Source: Ignicoccus hospitalis KIN4/I
GTDB taxonomy: Archaea > Thermoproteota > Thermoprotei_A > Sulfolobales > Ignicoccaceae
NCBI RefSeq assembly: GCF_000017945.1
Contig: NC_009776.1
Span: 1,200,001 to 1,232,000 of the forward strand
Reading direction: 5' to 3'
DNA length: 32,000 nt
Shown: piece after piece, positions 7,908 to 16,886 of the stretch
Position numbering within the stretch: position 1 is the stretch's first letter
Layout of the letters: every line of letters begins with the position of its first letter
Notes under the pieces: model-generated
Databases searched by the model: none
The model's input: the letters and a program-made list of their open reading frames with translations, nothing else
Told to the model about the DNA's origin: nothing
Made by a program: the position numbers and the translations under genes

Positions 7908-9266
7908 GTGTGCTGGACGACTAAGGAGAAGGCGGTCGTGAGCGAGCTCGGCAAGTGTTCGTGGGGCGCTTGCGTGTTCTGCGGGTGGGGGAAGAAGGTC
8001 GGGAAGGATACCCCAGAGTCGTTTATGGAGAAGGTAAACAAAGCCCTAGCTAGCAACCCAAAGAGGTTAAAGATATATACTTCGGGTAGCCTGTTCGACG
8101 ACTCCCAATACCCGCCTTGGCTGAGGCTCTGGTTGGCAGAGAGGGTCGAGACCCCTTGCTTGGAGGAGCTGCAAGTCGAGAGCTTGCCGGACTTCATAAC
8201 TTACGAGCGTCTACAACCCTTCCTAAGGCGAAGGTACGCGCTCGTGGTCTCTCTGGGCTTGGAGGTCGCCGACGACGAGGCGTTAAAGAAGTTGGGCAAG
8301 TACCCAGCTATGAGCGTATCCAAGTATATCTCCAAAGCGACGCTGCTCAAAGGCGTTGGCGCGAAGGTTAGGACCTACGTATTGGCAAACCCCCCTGTAG
8401 AAAACTGGAGGGAGTTATTGAAAAAGACCGTAGAGCTGGCGCTGAGGTACTCTGACGAAGTCGTGATTATAAACACCTACCCGCACAGCGACAGCCCCCT
8501 CTTCAAGATGTGGGTGGAAGGCAAGTGGAAGCCCCTGCCGCCGGAGGAGTTCTACGAAGCGGTTGAGGAATGGATCCACGACCCGCGAGTGCAAGTGGAC
8601 AGCAGCAACTTCGCGTTCAAGCCTAAGTTCCCGAAGTGGATGAGGAAAAGGATAGTGGGGGCTACGAAGGAGGCCTTATTACACCCCTACTACGAGGTCT
8701 GGCAGCAGTTCTTGACGAACTTCTACAAGCCCCCTCAGAAGAAGAAGTTCCTCTTATTCGTTCCGTGTTCTTACAAGAAGCCTTACTACAAGAGCAAGAC
8801 GTGGAAGAGCATAAGGAGGGTGTTGAGAGAGGTAGGTGTGCTAAGGAAAGTACACATGGTGGCGGTGAGCTCGCCTGGCGTGGTCCCGGAGGAGTTCGCG
8901 GACGAGTACCCCTTCAACGCCTACGACTGGCCCGAGTGGGAAGAGACAGAGGAGATAAAGGAACTCTACACCAAGGTGACTAAAGAGAGGGTGAAGAGGT
9001 ACCTAGAGAAGCACAAGGACCACTACGAAAAGGTCTTAGTCTATTTGAAGCCAGACAGCGAAAGCTTCAAGGCGGTTATGGAAGCTTGTGCCGAACTCGG
9101 GATAAATTGCGTGCCTTGCTTAAAGCGATACGACGAGGAGGTTAAGTCTTTCAAGCCCCCGGTAGCCCACCCCAAAGCCTTGGAGGACTTGAGAGAGTGC
9201 TTGGAAAGCTTGAAGAAGTCGTCCGAAGGGCTTCCGAGATCTCCCACTACCACTCGAGCCCTCTAA
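7908..9266 (+). CDS. RaSEA/Elp3-like radical SAM protein fused to a C-terminal DUF5591 (ArcS-like) domain; probable archaeosine tRNA modification enzyme
   Basis: N-terminal CSWGACVFCGWG (C-x4-C-x2-C), RLKIYTSGSLFDDSQYP and LQVESLPDFIT resemble RaSEA; C-terminal FVPCSYKKPYYKSKTWKSIRRVL matches the PCSxxKPYxxSxxH/W-type motif of DUF5591 in archaeosine synthase. Confidence 0.72.
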   Translation: MCWTTKEKAVVSELGKCSWGACVFCGWGKKVGKDTPESFMEKVNKALASNPKRLKIYTSGSLFDDSQYPPWLRLWLAERVETPCLEELQVESLPDFITYERLQPFLRRRYALVVSLGLEVADDEALKKLGKYPAMSVSKYISKATLLKGVGAKVRTYVLANPPVENWRELLKKTVELALRYSDEVVIINTYPHSDSPLFKMWVEGKWKPLPPEEFYEAVEEWIHDPRVQVDSSNFAFKPKFPKWMRKRIVGATKEALLHPYYEVWQQFLTNFYKPPQKKKFLLFVPCSYKKPYYKSKTWKSIRRVLREVGVLRKVHMVAVSSPGVVPEEFADEYPFNAYDWPEWEETEEIKELYTKVTKERVKRYLEKHKDHYEKVLVYLKPDSESFKAVMEACAELGINCVPCLKRYDEEVKSFKPPVAHPKALEDLRECLESLKKSSEGLPRSPTTTRAL

Positions 9267-9967
9267 AACTGGCCGAGGAGAGGGTGAACTTCCTCAGCCA
9301 GTACTACTCATTCAGAGAGGTCGAGGTGCCCGGCTTCATCGTAAAGGAGTGGGGCTGCAGGGTAAGGGCCTTTGGGAGGAGAGTCCCTTGTCTGCCCGCC
9401 GGCTTGGGCTCTTCAGAAAACTTCGTGGTGGCCGGCTACGTCGAGTTCGAGAACGCCGGGACCCTCGTGTTTGACGGCAAGACGCTCCCCCGCGTAAGAA
9501 GGGTCTTGACCTCGCCGGCCCTCGCGATCCCTACGGACTTCAAAGAGCTAGTGATAAAATCCATGAGGGAGGGCGACTTCGAAGCCTGCTCTTGGGGCGA
9601 GGCCGAGGGGGCGGTGGCGTACGTGAGGAGGGGTCGCCCCACGTGCGTAATAACCTTCTACGACGCCCTTTGGTACGGCTTCGCTCACTCCGCCACAGCC
9701 CTAGCTACCTTGAGCGTGCTCGACACCACTAACACCTTGATTCTGGTCCCCAGATACTCTCGGTGGGAAGACTTGCTAACCTTGTGCGATACGGCGGTCG
9801 TGATTGACGGGATAGGGGTCTCACCTAAAGGCTTGGGAAGCGAGGATCTGTACTTAACCGTAGGGGGGATCACTGAGAACTTCGGTTCCCCCTTCGACAC
9901 GCCGGACAAGTTGGACCTAGAGGCCTTGCGTCGTCACTTCAAGCTCTTGAGCTCCCTCGCGAAGTAG
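9197..9967 (+). CDS. Conserved-looking protein of unknown function (start uncertain; in-frame GTG at 9284 would remove the overlap)
   Basis: 256-codon ORF directly following the radical SAM gene in the same orientation, globular composition; no recognised motif. Confidence 0.6.
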   Translation: MLGKLEEVVRRASEISHYHSSPLKLAEERVNFLSQYYSFREVEVPGFIVKEWGCRVRAFGRRVPCLPAGLGSSENFVVAGYVEFENAGTLVFDGKTLPRVRRVLTSPALAIPTDFKELVIKSMREGDFEACSWGEAEGAVAYVRRGRPTCVITFYDALWYGFAHSATALATLSVLDTTNTLILVPRYSRWEDLLTLCDTAVVIDGIGVSPKGLGSEDLYLTVGGITENFGSPFDTPDKLDLEALRRHFKLLSSLAK

Positions 9968-9981
9968 GGGGAGGGAGGTCT

Positions 9982-10308
9982 TTGGACGAGGAGAGGATGA
10001 GGGTCGAGGCGGAAAGGGTTGCTGAGAAGTTGAAGGCTAAGGGTTATAACACCTCCGTGAGGAGGGCAGTTATAAAGAACTTGATGGGAGACACTGTAGT
10101 GAAGTATAACGTGGTAGCAACTAAGGAAGAAACTGTGGTAAGGTGGAGTGTCTCCGAAAACGCCTACGAAGTGAGCATAAGGGTCGTTGGAGAGGTGGAC
10201 GAAGAAGCGGCGGAGAGCAAGGGTTATCACATCGAGAAGGACGGCGAGTACACGAGGCTCTTCAAGAGGTCTACCAAGCCCTTCAGTTTCTTTGACAACT
10301 TACCGTAA
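9982..10308 (+). CDS. Hypothetical protein (108 aa)
   Basis: ORF co-directional and closely spaced with its neighbours; alternating hydrophobic strand pattern (YNVVATKEETVVRWSV...YEVSIRVVG). Confidence 0.5.
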   Translation: MDEERMRVEAERVAEKLKAKGYNTSVRRAVIKNLMGDTVVKYNVVATKEETVVRWSVSENAYEVSIRVVGEVDEEAAESKGYHIEKDGEYTRLFKRSTKPFSFFDNLP

Positions 10309-10339
10309 AACCCCCTCTTGACTGCATCGGGGAGCTCCC

Positions 10340-11596
10340 TTGCTGGAAGAAGTGAACCTAAGCGGCCTAAAGGACGCCGAGGTGTACGTGTCTAAGTACA
10401 AAGTTTTGAGGAGCGAAATTGACGACAGCAAGCTGAAGTGGCTCAGCGCGGGCACGGAGAGCTACGTGGCGGTTAGGGTTGTTAGGGACGGAAAGGTGGG
10501 GTTCTACTCGACGACGCTGGACGAGACCAAAGGCCTACGTAAGGTAATCGAGGAAGCTTATGAGAGGGCCGAGAAGGTTGCGAGGGTCTCTAAGAGGGTC
10601 GAGTGGTGGCCGGGCTTCCCCTCGTCGAGGTGTTCTCCCCTTCCCGGAACCTTTAGTAAAAGCTTAGCGTCTAAGGATTTAGACTTTGTTATTGATATGT
10701 CTAAAAGGATGCTCGATATAGCCGACGAAAGCTTGAACGTCATGGGGTCGGTGGGGCTTGAGGTGGGCGAGTGGGTCATAGCAAACACTGAGGGCGGAGA
10801 GTACGAGGAGAGGGAGACCCGCGTCGAGGCGTTCGTAGCCGCGTCCAAGAGGGTCAACGGCTATCTGACTAAGGCCGTCAGCGACGTTTACGTGTCCAGG
10901 AGCGCGCCTCCCGAGATAGAAAACTTCGCCGGGAAAGTCTTCGAGGAAGCAAAGACGTTGAAGTTGCGGCCGGAGAGGGTGACCGGCGAGTACCTAGTTT
11001 ACTTCGACCCCCGAGCTGTGGCGGAGCTCTTGGACTTCCTCGCGGAGGCCTTTTACGCGCACAACGTGGTGCGCGGGAAGAGCCCCTTGAGCGGGAGGCT
11101 CGGGGAGCAAGCGTTTAACGAGGCATTCACGCTGAGCGACAACCCCACCTTGCCGGGCGGCCCGGAGAGCCACGGCTGCGACGAAGAGGCAGTCAAGTCC
11201 GAGCCCCAAGTCCTCGTGGACGGAGGGGTTGTGAAGGCGTTCCTGGGCGACTTGTACTGGGGAAGCAAGCTGGGCTTCGTCGGAAGAGGGTATAGACAGA
11301 GCCCCGTCCAGCCGCCTTCCCCGAGCTACACGAACTTGACCCTCCACGCGCGCGACGGGGCGGAGGGCGAAGTTGTAGTAGCGGGCCTCACCGGGCTACA
11401 CACCGCGACCCCGGAAACCGGGGACATGAGCGTGGTGCTGTCTCCGGCGTGGAAGGACGGGGAGCACATAGAGGCCGTCATGAACGTTAACGTATATGAC
11501 TTGTTCGGGAAGCTGCTGGAGGGCATAGACAAGAACGGCAGGTGGGTCGGCTCAGTCTTCGCTCCGGGGGTAGCGGTTAGGGTGAAGCTGACCTGA
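10340..11596 (+). CDS. TldD/PmbA family putative metalloprotease subunit
   Basis: GTESYVAVRVVRDGKVGFYSTT, RVEAFVAASKRVNGYLTKAVSDVYVS, VTGEYLVYFDPRAVAELLDFLAEAFYAHNVVRGKSPL, and a TNLTLHARDGAEGEVV...GLHTATPETGDMSVVLSPAWKDG C-terminal pattern. Confidence 0.85.
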   Translation: MLEEVNLSGLKDAEVYVSKYKVLRSEIDDSKLKWLSAGTESYVAVRVVRDGKVGFYSTTLDETKGLRKVIEEAYERAEKVARVSKRVEWWPGFPSSRCSPLPGTFSKSLASKDLDFVIDMSKRMLDIADESLNVMGSVGLEVGEWVIANTEGGEYEERETRVEAFVAASKRVNGYLTKAVSDVYVSRSAPPEIENFAGKVFEEAKTLKLRPERVTGEYLVYFDPRAVAELLDFLAEAFYAHNVVRGKSPLSGRLGEQAFNEAFTLSDNPTLPGGPESHGCDEEAVKSEPQVLVDGGVVKAFLGDLYWGSKLGFVGRGYRQSPVQPPSPSYTNLTLHARDGAEGEVVVAGLTGLHTATPETGDMSVVLSPAWKDGEHIEAVMNVNVYDLFGKLLEGIDKNGRWVGSVFAPGVAVRVKLT

Positions 11597-12196
11597 GGAT
11601 CGCAATTCAATATGTTCCCAGAATACTACGTGGTCCCCCTTGATTCCGTAGCGGCCCTTGTGGCAGCTCCACTCCAACGCCCCGGGCGGCAACCTCCTAG
11701 CCGCCTTGGCGCTCTCGAACATACAATAGCTTAAGAGGCCCTCTACGGGCCCCTTCGCTACTAGGACGTTTCCGACGAAGTTCGCAGTTACGTCGAAAAT
11801 CCCCTTCCTAGTAATATCCCTCACGCTACCCTTGGTCGTGGCCTCTATTATTATTTTATTATCCTTGGTCTTCAGCGTAACGCCGGCACCTACCGAATCC
11901 TTTATAGTTACGTCGGTTACGTGAGCCGTGAAGTTACACTTCAAGAGCTCCGGCAGCAAGGGGGCCACGCAAGGCGAGGAGTGAGCTATCAGCGGAGGCG
12001 GGCCCTCGACTACTATTACTTCGCCAGGCAAGCGGGGGAGTGAGCATTCCAAGTAGTCAAACCTCACCGCGCACTGTTTTTTGAAATGTTTGACCCTTTC
12101 CGTGCCGTCTCGAGTAACGATAGCGTAGAGGGGGACGTTCAGACCCAAGGCCTCTAACTTCTTTAAGCTCTTTAGTCTCCTTCCATTCACCCTCAA
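11552..12196 (-). CDS. Hypothetical protein (about 214 aa; start uncertain)
   Basis: Open frame filling the gap between convergent and divergent neighbours; its 3' end overlaps the TldD/PmbA gene by 45 bp. Confidence 0.55.
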   Translation of the reverse strand: MRVNGRRLKSLKKLEALGLNVPLYAIVTRDGTERVKHFKKQCAVRFDYLECSLPRLPGEVIVVEGPPPLIAHSSPCVAPLLPELLKCNFTAHVTDVTIKDSVGAGVTLKTKDNKIIIEATTKGSVRDITRKGIFDVTANFVGNVLVAKGPVEGLLSYCMFESAKAARRLPPGALEWSCHKGRYGIKGDHVVFWEHIELRSSGQLHPNRYPRSED

Positions 12197-12229
12197 AAGT
12201 CCCCCTCTCCGAGGCTCGGGGGAAAAGTA

Positions 12230-12865
12230 TTGGCGCGTTTGCCCGTCGTGATATCCTTGGACCCCCCTAAGGATAAGGGGTGGGACTGGGCGCTGGGCAT
12301 TGCAGAAGAAATGAAGGACTTAGTCGTGGCGTTTAAGGTAGGCTGGCCCTTGTTGTTAGAAGGTAAGGAAAAGCTCGGCACGCTCAGAGAGATGGCCCCA
12401 GTCGTCCTCGACCTAAAGCTCGCGGACATAAGTTTCACTATGATAAATATAATAAGGAGGCTCGAGTTCGACGCAGTTATAGCACACGCCTTTGTAGGGA
12501 GGGAGAAAGCTCTTCGGGAGCTAAGGGAAGAGCTAAATAAGCAAGATAAAGAACTTTACTTAGTAGTGGCGATGAGCCACAAGGGCGCCGACGAGCTGCT
12601 GAACAGGATGTGGAGGGAGAACGTCCTAATAGCTTACGAACTCGCTGACGGAATCGTAGCCCCGGCGACGAGGCCCGAATTGTTAGTTAAGATCCGTAAG
12701 GTGTGGCCCCGAAAAGTCCTCAGCCCCGGAGTGGGGGTTCAAGGGGCAAGGCCTTGCAGCGCGGTTAAGCTCGGAGCGGACGCCGAGATAATAGGTCGCA
12801 CGGTGACGCGCAACCCCTCACCCCGGGAGTACTTGTTGCGGCTATACTCCGGCTGTAAGGCGTGA
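12230..12865 (+). CDS. pyrF: Orotidine 5'-phosphate decarboxylase
   Basis: VISLDPP, VAFKVGWPLLLEG, VVLDLKLADIS (DxKxxD), VVAMSHKG, VLSPGVGVQGA, AEIIGRTVTRNPSP. Confidence 0.92.
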   Translation: MARLPVVISLDPPKDKGWDWALGIAEEMKDLVVAFKVGWPLLLEGKEKLGTLREMAPVVLDLKLADISFTMINIIRRLEFDAVIAHAFVGREKALRELREELNKQDKELYLVVAMSHKGADELLNRMWRENVLIAYELADGIVAPATRPELLVKIRKVWPRKVLSPGVGVQGARPCSAVKLGADAEIIGRTVTRNPSPREYLLRLYSGCKA

Positions 12866-12946
12866 AGATTTACTTTCACCCCCCTTATGGAGTTTCCCAA
12901 GTTTTTATTCTCGCAAGGAGAGCCGTGACATAGGGAGGAGAGTACA

Positions 12947-14863
12947 ATGAGAGGGAAAGCGGTCCTCGCCCTGCTGACACTAGTAGTCCTAGCGTCTCCC
13001 GTCCTCGCCGATGTCAGCAGCATGGCCAAGCTACAGGAGGCGTTGGCCAAGGCCAGCCCTCAGACCAAGACTTGTGTGGGGTGCCACATGCAAGCGACTC
13101 CCGACATAGTCATGCAGTGGGCGGCTAGCGAGCACGCCGAGAACGTGCCCAAGAACGTGCTCAAGCTCTACGAAGCCATCGGCTCCCCCGGCGAGCAAAT
13201 AGCCGAGAAGTTCCAGAACTACCCCTACAACGTGGGCTGCTACGAGTGTCACGGCATGTTCAAGGAGCAAGACAGAGTTGACGTGGTCAACCACTTCGGA
13301 TTCAAGATAGTGAGCATCGTAACTGCTAAGGACTGTAGCCAGTGCCACCCCAAGGAGGCTAGGGAGATAAGCTGGACTTGGCACGGCTTCGGCGCTCTCA
13401 ACACCAACCTCTCCCCGTGGTACTCCAAGATAGTCAAGTATGCCAAAGAGCATGGTCTCATAGGCAAGATGACTCCTCCGGTCTACACTGCCACTAGGGA
13501 CAAGGACATGCTAACCTGGGAGTGGTGGAAGGAGTACGTCAAGTACCTCTACATGTACTTGAACGGCGAGAAGGTACCCGAGGAGTGGGCCAAGTTCATC
13601 GAGATGTTCGGCACCCCCTATGACTACGACTTCAAGAGGATAGTCAGTCCCCTCTACCCCGCCAGCGGCGGACTCAACACCACTGTGACCGAGAGAGTGG
13701 GCTTTGAGGCCGAGCTGAGCATTCAGTGCGCCGTCGGCAAGAGCAAGTACTTCCAGAAGGTTAGCAACGTAATGAACTACATAGGCTACAAGAACGCCTA
13801 CGTGTACCACGCGTGCTACGAGTGCCACGGCAGCTTAGTAATACCCTACAAGAAGGAGAACGTGAACGTCAAGGGCTTCGCCGGTGTGGAGAGGATGAGG
13901 TACTGGGGCTGGCCCAGCAACGGCGCTGGCAGGATTGATCCCGACGGCAGCCTGGGCACTTGTACCGCTTGCCACCCGAGGCACGAGTTCAGCGTGGCCC
14001 AAGCTAGGGAGCCTTGGACTTGTGGCCAGTGCCACATAGGTTACGACCACCCGCACATAGAGATATACGAGGAGAGCAAGCACGGCAACATCTACGAGCT
14101 CCACAAGGAGAAGTTCAACATGGAGCGCGTGCCTTGGAGGGTCGGCGTGGACTTTGACGTGCCCACTTGTGCCACGTGCCACATGAGCACCATAGCCAGC
14201 CCCGACGGCAGCATGATATTGGTGAAGGGCACTCACGACCTCACCAAGAGGCTAGTGTGGGACCAGATGCACTTCTTCGCCCAGCCGAAGCCCAAGTGGC
14301 CTGACAACACCCAGAACAAGATAGTCAAGGGCGGCAACATACTGAACGGCGCAGGCTATGAGAACGTAGCTATGACCGGCTACAAGGTGGTGGACCTCGG
14401 CCCGGCCCCCGGCGAGCTGAAGTTCCCAAGGCTGATGACCATAGAGTACACCGGCGAGCTCAAGGAGCACAGAGAGGAGATGATGAAGGTCTGTGAGCTC
14501 TGCCACAGCAGCTCTTGGGCCGAGAACTTCTTCAGGACGGCCGACCAGAACCTCTGGGACTACAACGCCGTAGCGCAGTTCGCCTTCCAGCTGCTGAAGA
14601 AGGCGTGGGCGCAAGGCATACACGACCCCAAGAACAAGCTGGACGAGTTCATGGAGGTCATGTGGTACTACATCTGGCACCACCAGGGCAGGAGGTGGAG
14701 GAACGGCGCTTACATGATGGGTCCCGACTACGCACACTGGTACGGTATAGTTGACACCGTCATGGAGGCGCTCAACAAGATGATAAGCTACTACGAGAAC
14801 GCGCTAGCGATAAAGAGCTTGCAGCAGCAGCTCAACCAAGTACAGCAAGCGCTAGCGAAGTGA
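12947..14863 (+). CDS. Secreted octaheme c-type cytochrome (HAO/octaheme nitrite reductase-like superfamily)
   Basis: Signal peptide MRGKAVLALLTLVVLASPVLA; eight CxxCH motifs: CVGCH, CYECH, CSQCH, CYECH, CTACH, CGQCH, CATCH, CELCH. Strong SD (GGGAGGAG, 12933-12940) upstream of ATG. Confidence 0.93.
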   Translation: MRGKAVLALLTLVVLASPVLADVSSMAKLQEALAKASPQTKTCVGCHMQATPDIVMQWAASEHAENVPKNVLKLYEAIGSPGEQIAEKFQNYPYNVGCYECHGMFKEQDRVDVVNHFGFKIVSIVTAKDCSQCHPKEAREISWTWHGFGALNTNLSPWYSKIVKYAKEHGLIGKMTPPVYTATRDKDMLTWEWWKEYVKYLYMYLNGEKVPEEWAKFIEMFGTPYDYDFKRIVSPLYPASGGLNTTVTERVGFEAELSIQCAVGKSKYFQKVSNVMNYIGYKNAYVYHACYECHGSLVIPYKKENVNVKGFAGVERMRYWGWPSNGAGRIDPDGSLGTCTACHPRHEFSVAQAREPWTCGQCHIGYDHPHIEIYEESKHGNIYELHKEKFNMERVPWRVGVDFDVPTCATCHMSTIASPDGSMILVKGTHDLTKRLVWDQMHFFAQPKPKWPDNTQNKIVKGGNILNGAGYENVAMTGYKVVDLGPAPGELKFPRLMTIEYTGELKEHREEMMKVCELCHSSSWAENFFRTADQNLWDYNAVAQFAFQLLKKAWAQGIHDPKNKLDEFMEVMWYYIWHHQGRRWRNGAYMMGPDYAHWYGIVDTVMEALNKMISYYENALAIKSLQQQLNQVQQALAK

Positions 14864-14892
14864 GGCCCAATGCCCGCTTCACAAAATTAACC

Positions 14893-14907
14893 AAATGATT
14901 TTTTGTT
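14893..14907 (+). terminator. T-rich terminator-like tract after the cytochrome gene
   Basis: gattttttgtttc in the short convergent intergenic region. Confidence 0.4.
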
Positions 14908-14913
14908 TCTATA

Positions 14914-16866
14914 TTAATAGTCCTTGCTATTACAGCCTCCAGATTCGTCCTTATGACTCCTTCCGGCCTTAGCCCTCCACGCGCCCTCCGCCAGCCTCTG
15001 GACTACCTCCTTGTGGGGCCTCTGAGGCCTCTTCCACGCCTTAGGGTTGTTATACATAAGAGAAGCTATTAGGTGGTCAGCAACTATGTCGGCAGAAGGA
15101 CAGAGGTACATACATAATCTACACCCGTCGCAAGCCTCGGACCTCCATAGGACTGGTCTGAACTCCCCGTTTTCTTCGATTACCTTTATCGCCCCAGTGG
15201 GGCACCACGTCTCGCAGATCTTGCACCCCGCGCAAGAGTTTGAGGCGTGCACCACTCGGAGGGCCTCGAAGGCCTCTTCCAAGGGCTTCGGGCCCTTGCT
15301 GACCACTTCTATCCTATTTTCCATGAACTTGTACGTCCCCCTGGGTCCGCTAACTACGTTGCCCTCCTTCTTTACGCCCAAGAGCTTCGCCAGCTCTAGA
15401 GCCTTCTCGATGTTGTAACTAACGTTGACAACGACCTTGTTTTTGCGGACTTCGTGAGAGCTGTACTTGACCCTCGTTTGCCTCCTAGAGTACTCCTCCC
15501 TCCAGTCGACCCTCTCCCCCGCTTTCGAGGCCAAGGCTACCTTAGGGGCCTCGGGGGCCAACCACCTCCAGCCGCCCTTGAGCCACCACTCGCCGTAACC
15601 TAACTTCTCCGCCCACCTCCGGAGGACTTTCTCCCACTTCTCCCACAGTTCCGGATGAATTTCCTTGACCAGCTTGAACTCCCACGCAGTCGCTCCCGGG
15701 CACATGAAACAGCCGACTCTGTCAAAGCCCTTGAAGTATAGGGGGTTCAGAGGCACCCCCTTGTCTATCAAGTAGGCGAACTCCAAGAGTTGGGGCCACG
15801 GGAGGATGGGGTTTACTGTGGTTATGGTAGGGAAGTACTTCATCTTCATAATTGGAGTGGCCTTGGCCCTCTCTAAGCTCTCCCACCACCGGTTGCCCAC
15901 AAAGTTGACGACGTTTCCAAACTTGATTAAGGTCCTTGCTATGGGTCCCAGCTTTAATACCTTACAACACCACCTAAAGTCCCTCGCCGGGGGTGAGAAC
16001 AACTCGACTGCCCTCCAGAAGAGGTCCCCAGCAGACGCCACAATCAGCTCCATTCCAAAGTGTTTCGCTTCCTCTTCGGCCGTCTTAACGGTTTCCGGCA
16101 ACTCTATGCCGGTGTCGTTGAACAGCAGCTTGGCCTCGACCCCCAATTCCTTCAATATTTGAGTAACTAGGGCCGAGTCCTTCCCTCCGGAGAGGGAGAC
16201 TATCCTAACCCCTTCCGGCGCTTTAGATACCACTTGGCGGCTCCACTCCAAGAGCTCTTGGAGGTAGGCCTCGTTGGCCTTTATGACGTCCCTAAGCGTC
16301 TGGGGCCTCTCGCTCAAGGCGCCCTTACGGGGGTGTTTCCAAACCTTGTCCACCCGAAGCTTGCCGCGCTTGGGTATGGCGACGCCGACGACCCTTCCCT
16401 CCTCGTCCACCAGCGCGACTTGTTTGTGGCCCCTTCCGACCACTTCGCCGGGCTTCGGCCCTTCTACCACCACCTTGTCTATAAAACCCTTCTCGAGTGC
16501 CCTCAACGCTCCCAAGTAGCCTAACCTAACCCTCCACTTCTCGACGAAGGGGTCGTAGATTACCCTCGCCAGTATGTCGCCATCCACCACCACTTCGTAC
16601 GCGTGGTCAAGGGCGGACGTCTTATTCAAGAAGACCATCCTGCCTTGCGTTAGGGCTTCGAAAGCGCCCTTGCCGACCTCCTCATCGAAGGCCTTCGAGA
16701 GGTGTTCCTTGTCCCCTTCCCACGCGGGGCGAAGGTCCTTGGGGTCGAAGAGCTTGAGCCTAACGCTCCCCTCGCAGTCCCGTCTCCGGAACACCGGCAC
16801 GTTGAGCTCCGGACACCAGTATACTTGGAGCTCCCTCTCCCACTTCCTTTTCAAGTCGGGCGGCAC
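14914..16866 (-). CDS. PUA-like domain + PAPS reductase/PP-loop domain + C-terminal 2x[4Fe-4S] ferredoxin domain protein
   Basis: VVVEGPKPGEVVGRGHKQVALVDEEGRVVGVAIP (PUA-like), VSLSGGKDSALVTQIL (PP-loop), RDFRWCCKVLKLGP and DRVGCFMCPGATAWEF, then CAGCKICETWCPTGAI and CDGCRLCMYLCP ferredoxin motifs. Confidence 0.88.
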   Translation of the reverse strand: MPPDLKRKWERELQVYWCPELNVPVFRRRDCEGSVRLKLFDPKDLRPAWEGDKEHLSKAFDEEVGKGAFEALTQGRMVFLNKTSALDHAYEVVVDGDILARVIYDPFVEKWRVRLGYLGALRALEKGFIDKVVVEGPKPGEVVGRGHKQVALVDEEGRVVGVAIPKRGKLRVDKVWKHPRKGALSERPQTLRDVIKANEAYLQELLEWSRQVVSKAPEGVRIVSLSGGKDSALVTQILKELGVEAKLLFNDTGIELPETVKTAEEEAKHFGMELIVASAGDLFWRAVELFSPPARDFRWCCKVLKLGPIARTLIKFGNVVNFVGNRWWESLERAKATPIMKMKYFPTITTVNPILPWPQLLEFAYLIDKGVPLNPLYFKGFDRVGCFMCPGATAWEFKLVKEIHPELWEKWEKVLRRWAEKLGYGEWWLKGGWRWLAPEAPKVALASKAGERVDWREEYSRRQTRVKYSSHEVRKNKVVVNVSYNIEKALELAKLLGVKKEGNVVSGPRGTYKFMENRIEVVSKGPKPLEEAFEALRVVHASNSCAGCKICETWCPTGAIKVIEENGEFRPVLWRSEACDGCRLCMYLCPSADIVADHLIASLMYNNPKAWKRPQRPHKEVVQRLAEGAWRAKAGRSHKDESGGCNSKDY

Positions 16867-16886
16867 CCGCGCGGGCGGGAGGCGTT

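Noticed and set aside
13072-14560. Repeated CxxCH-encoding segments as a possible DNA repeat array
   Set aside because: The similarity is only at short heme-motif level within a coding region and is explained by c-type heme attachment sites; no CRISPR-like regular spacing.
13031-14737. Series of minus-strand ORFs across the cytochrome gene
   Set aside because: Codon-bias shadows of a highly expressed, GC-rich gene; the sense strand carries eight CxxCH motifs and a signal peptide.
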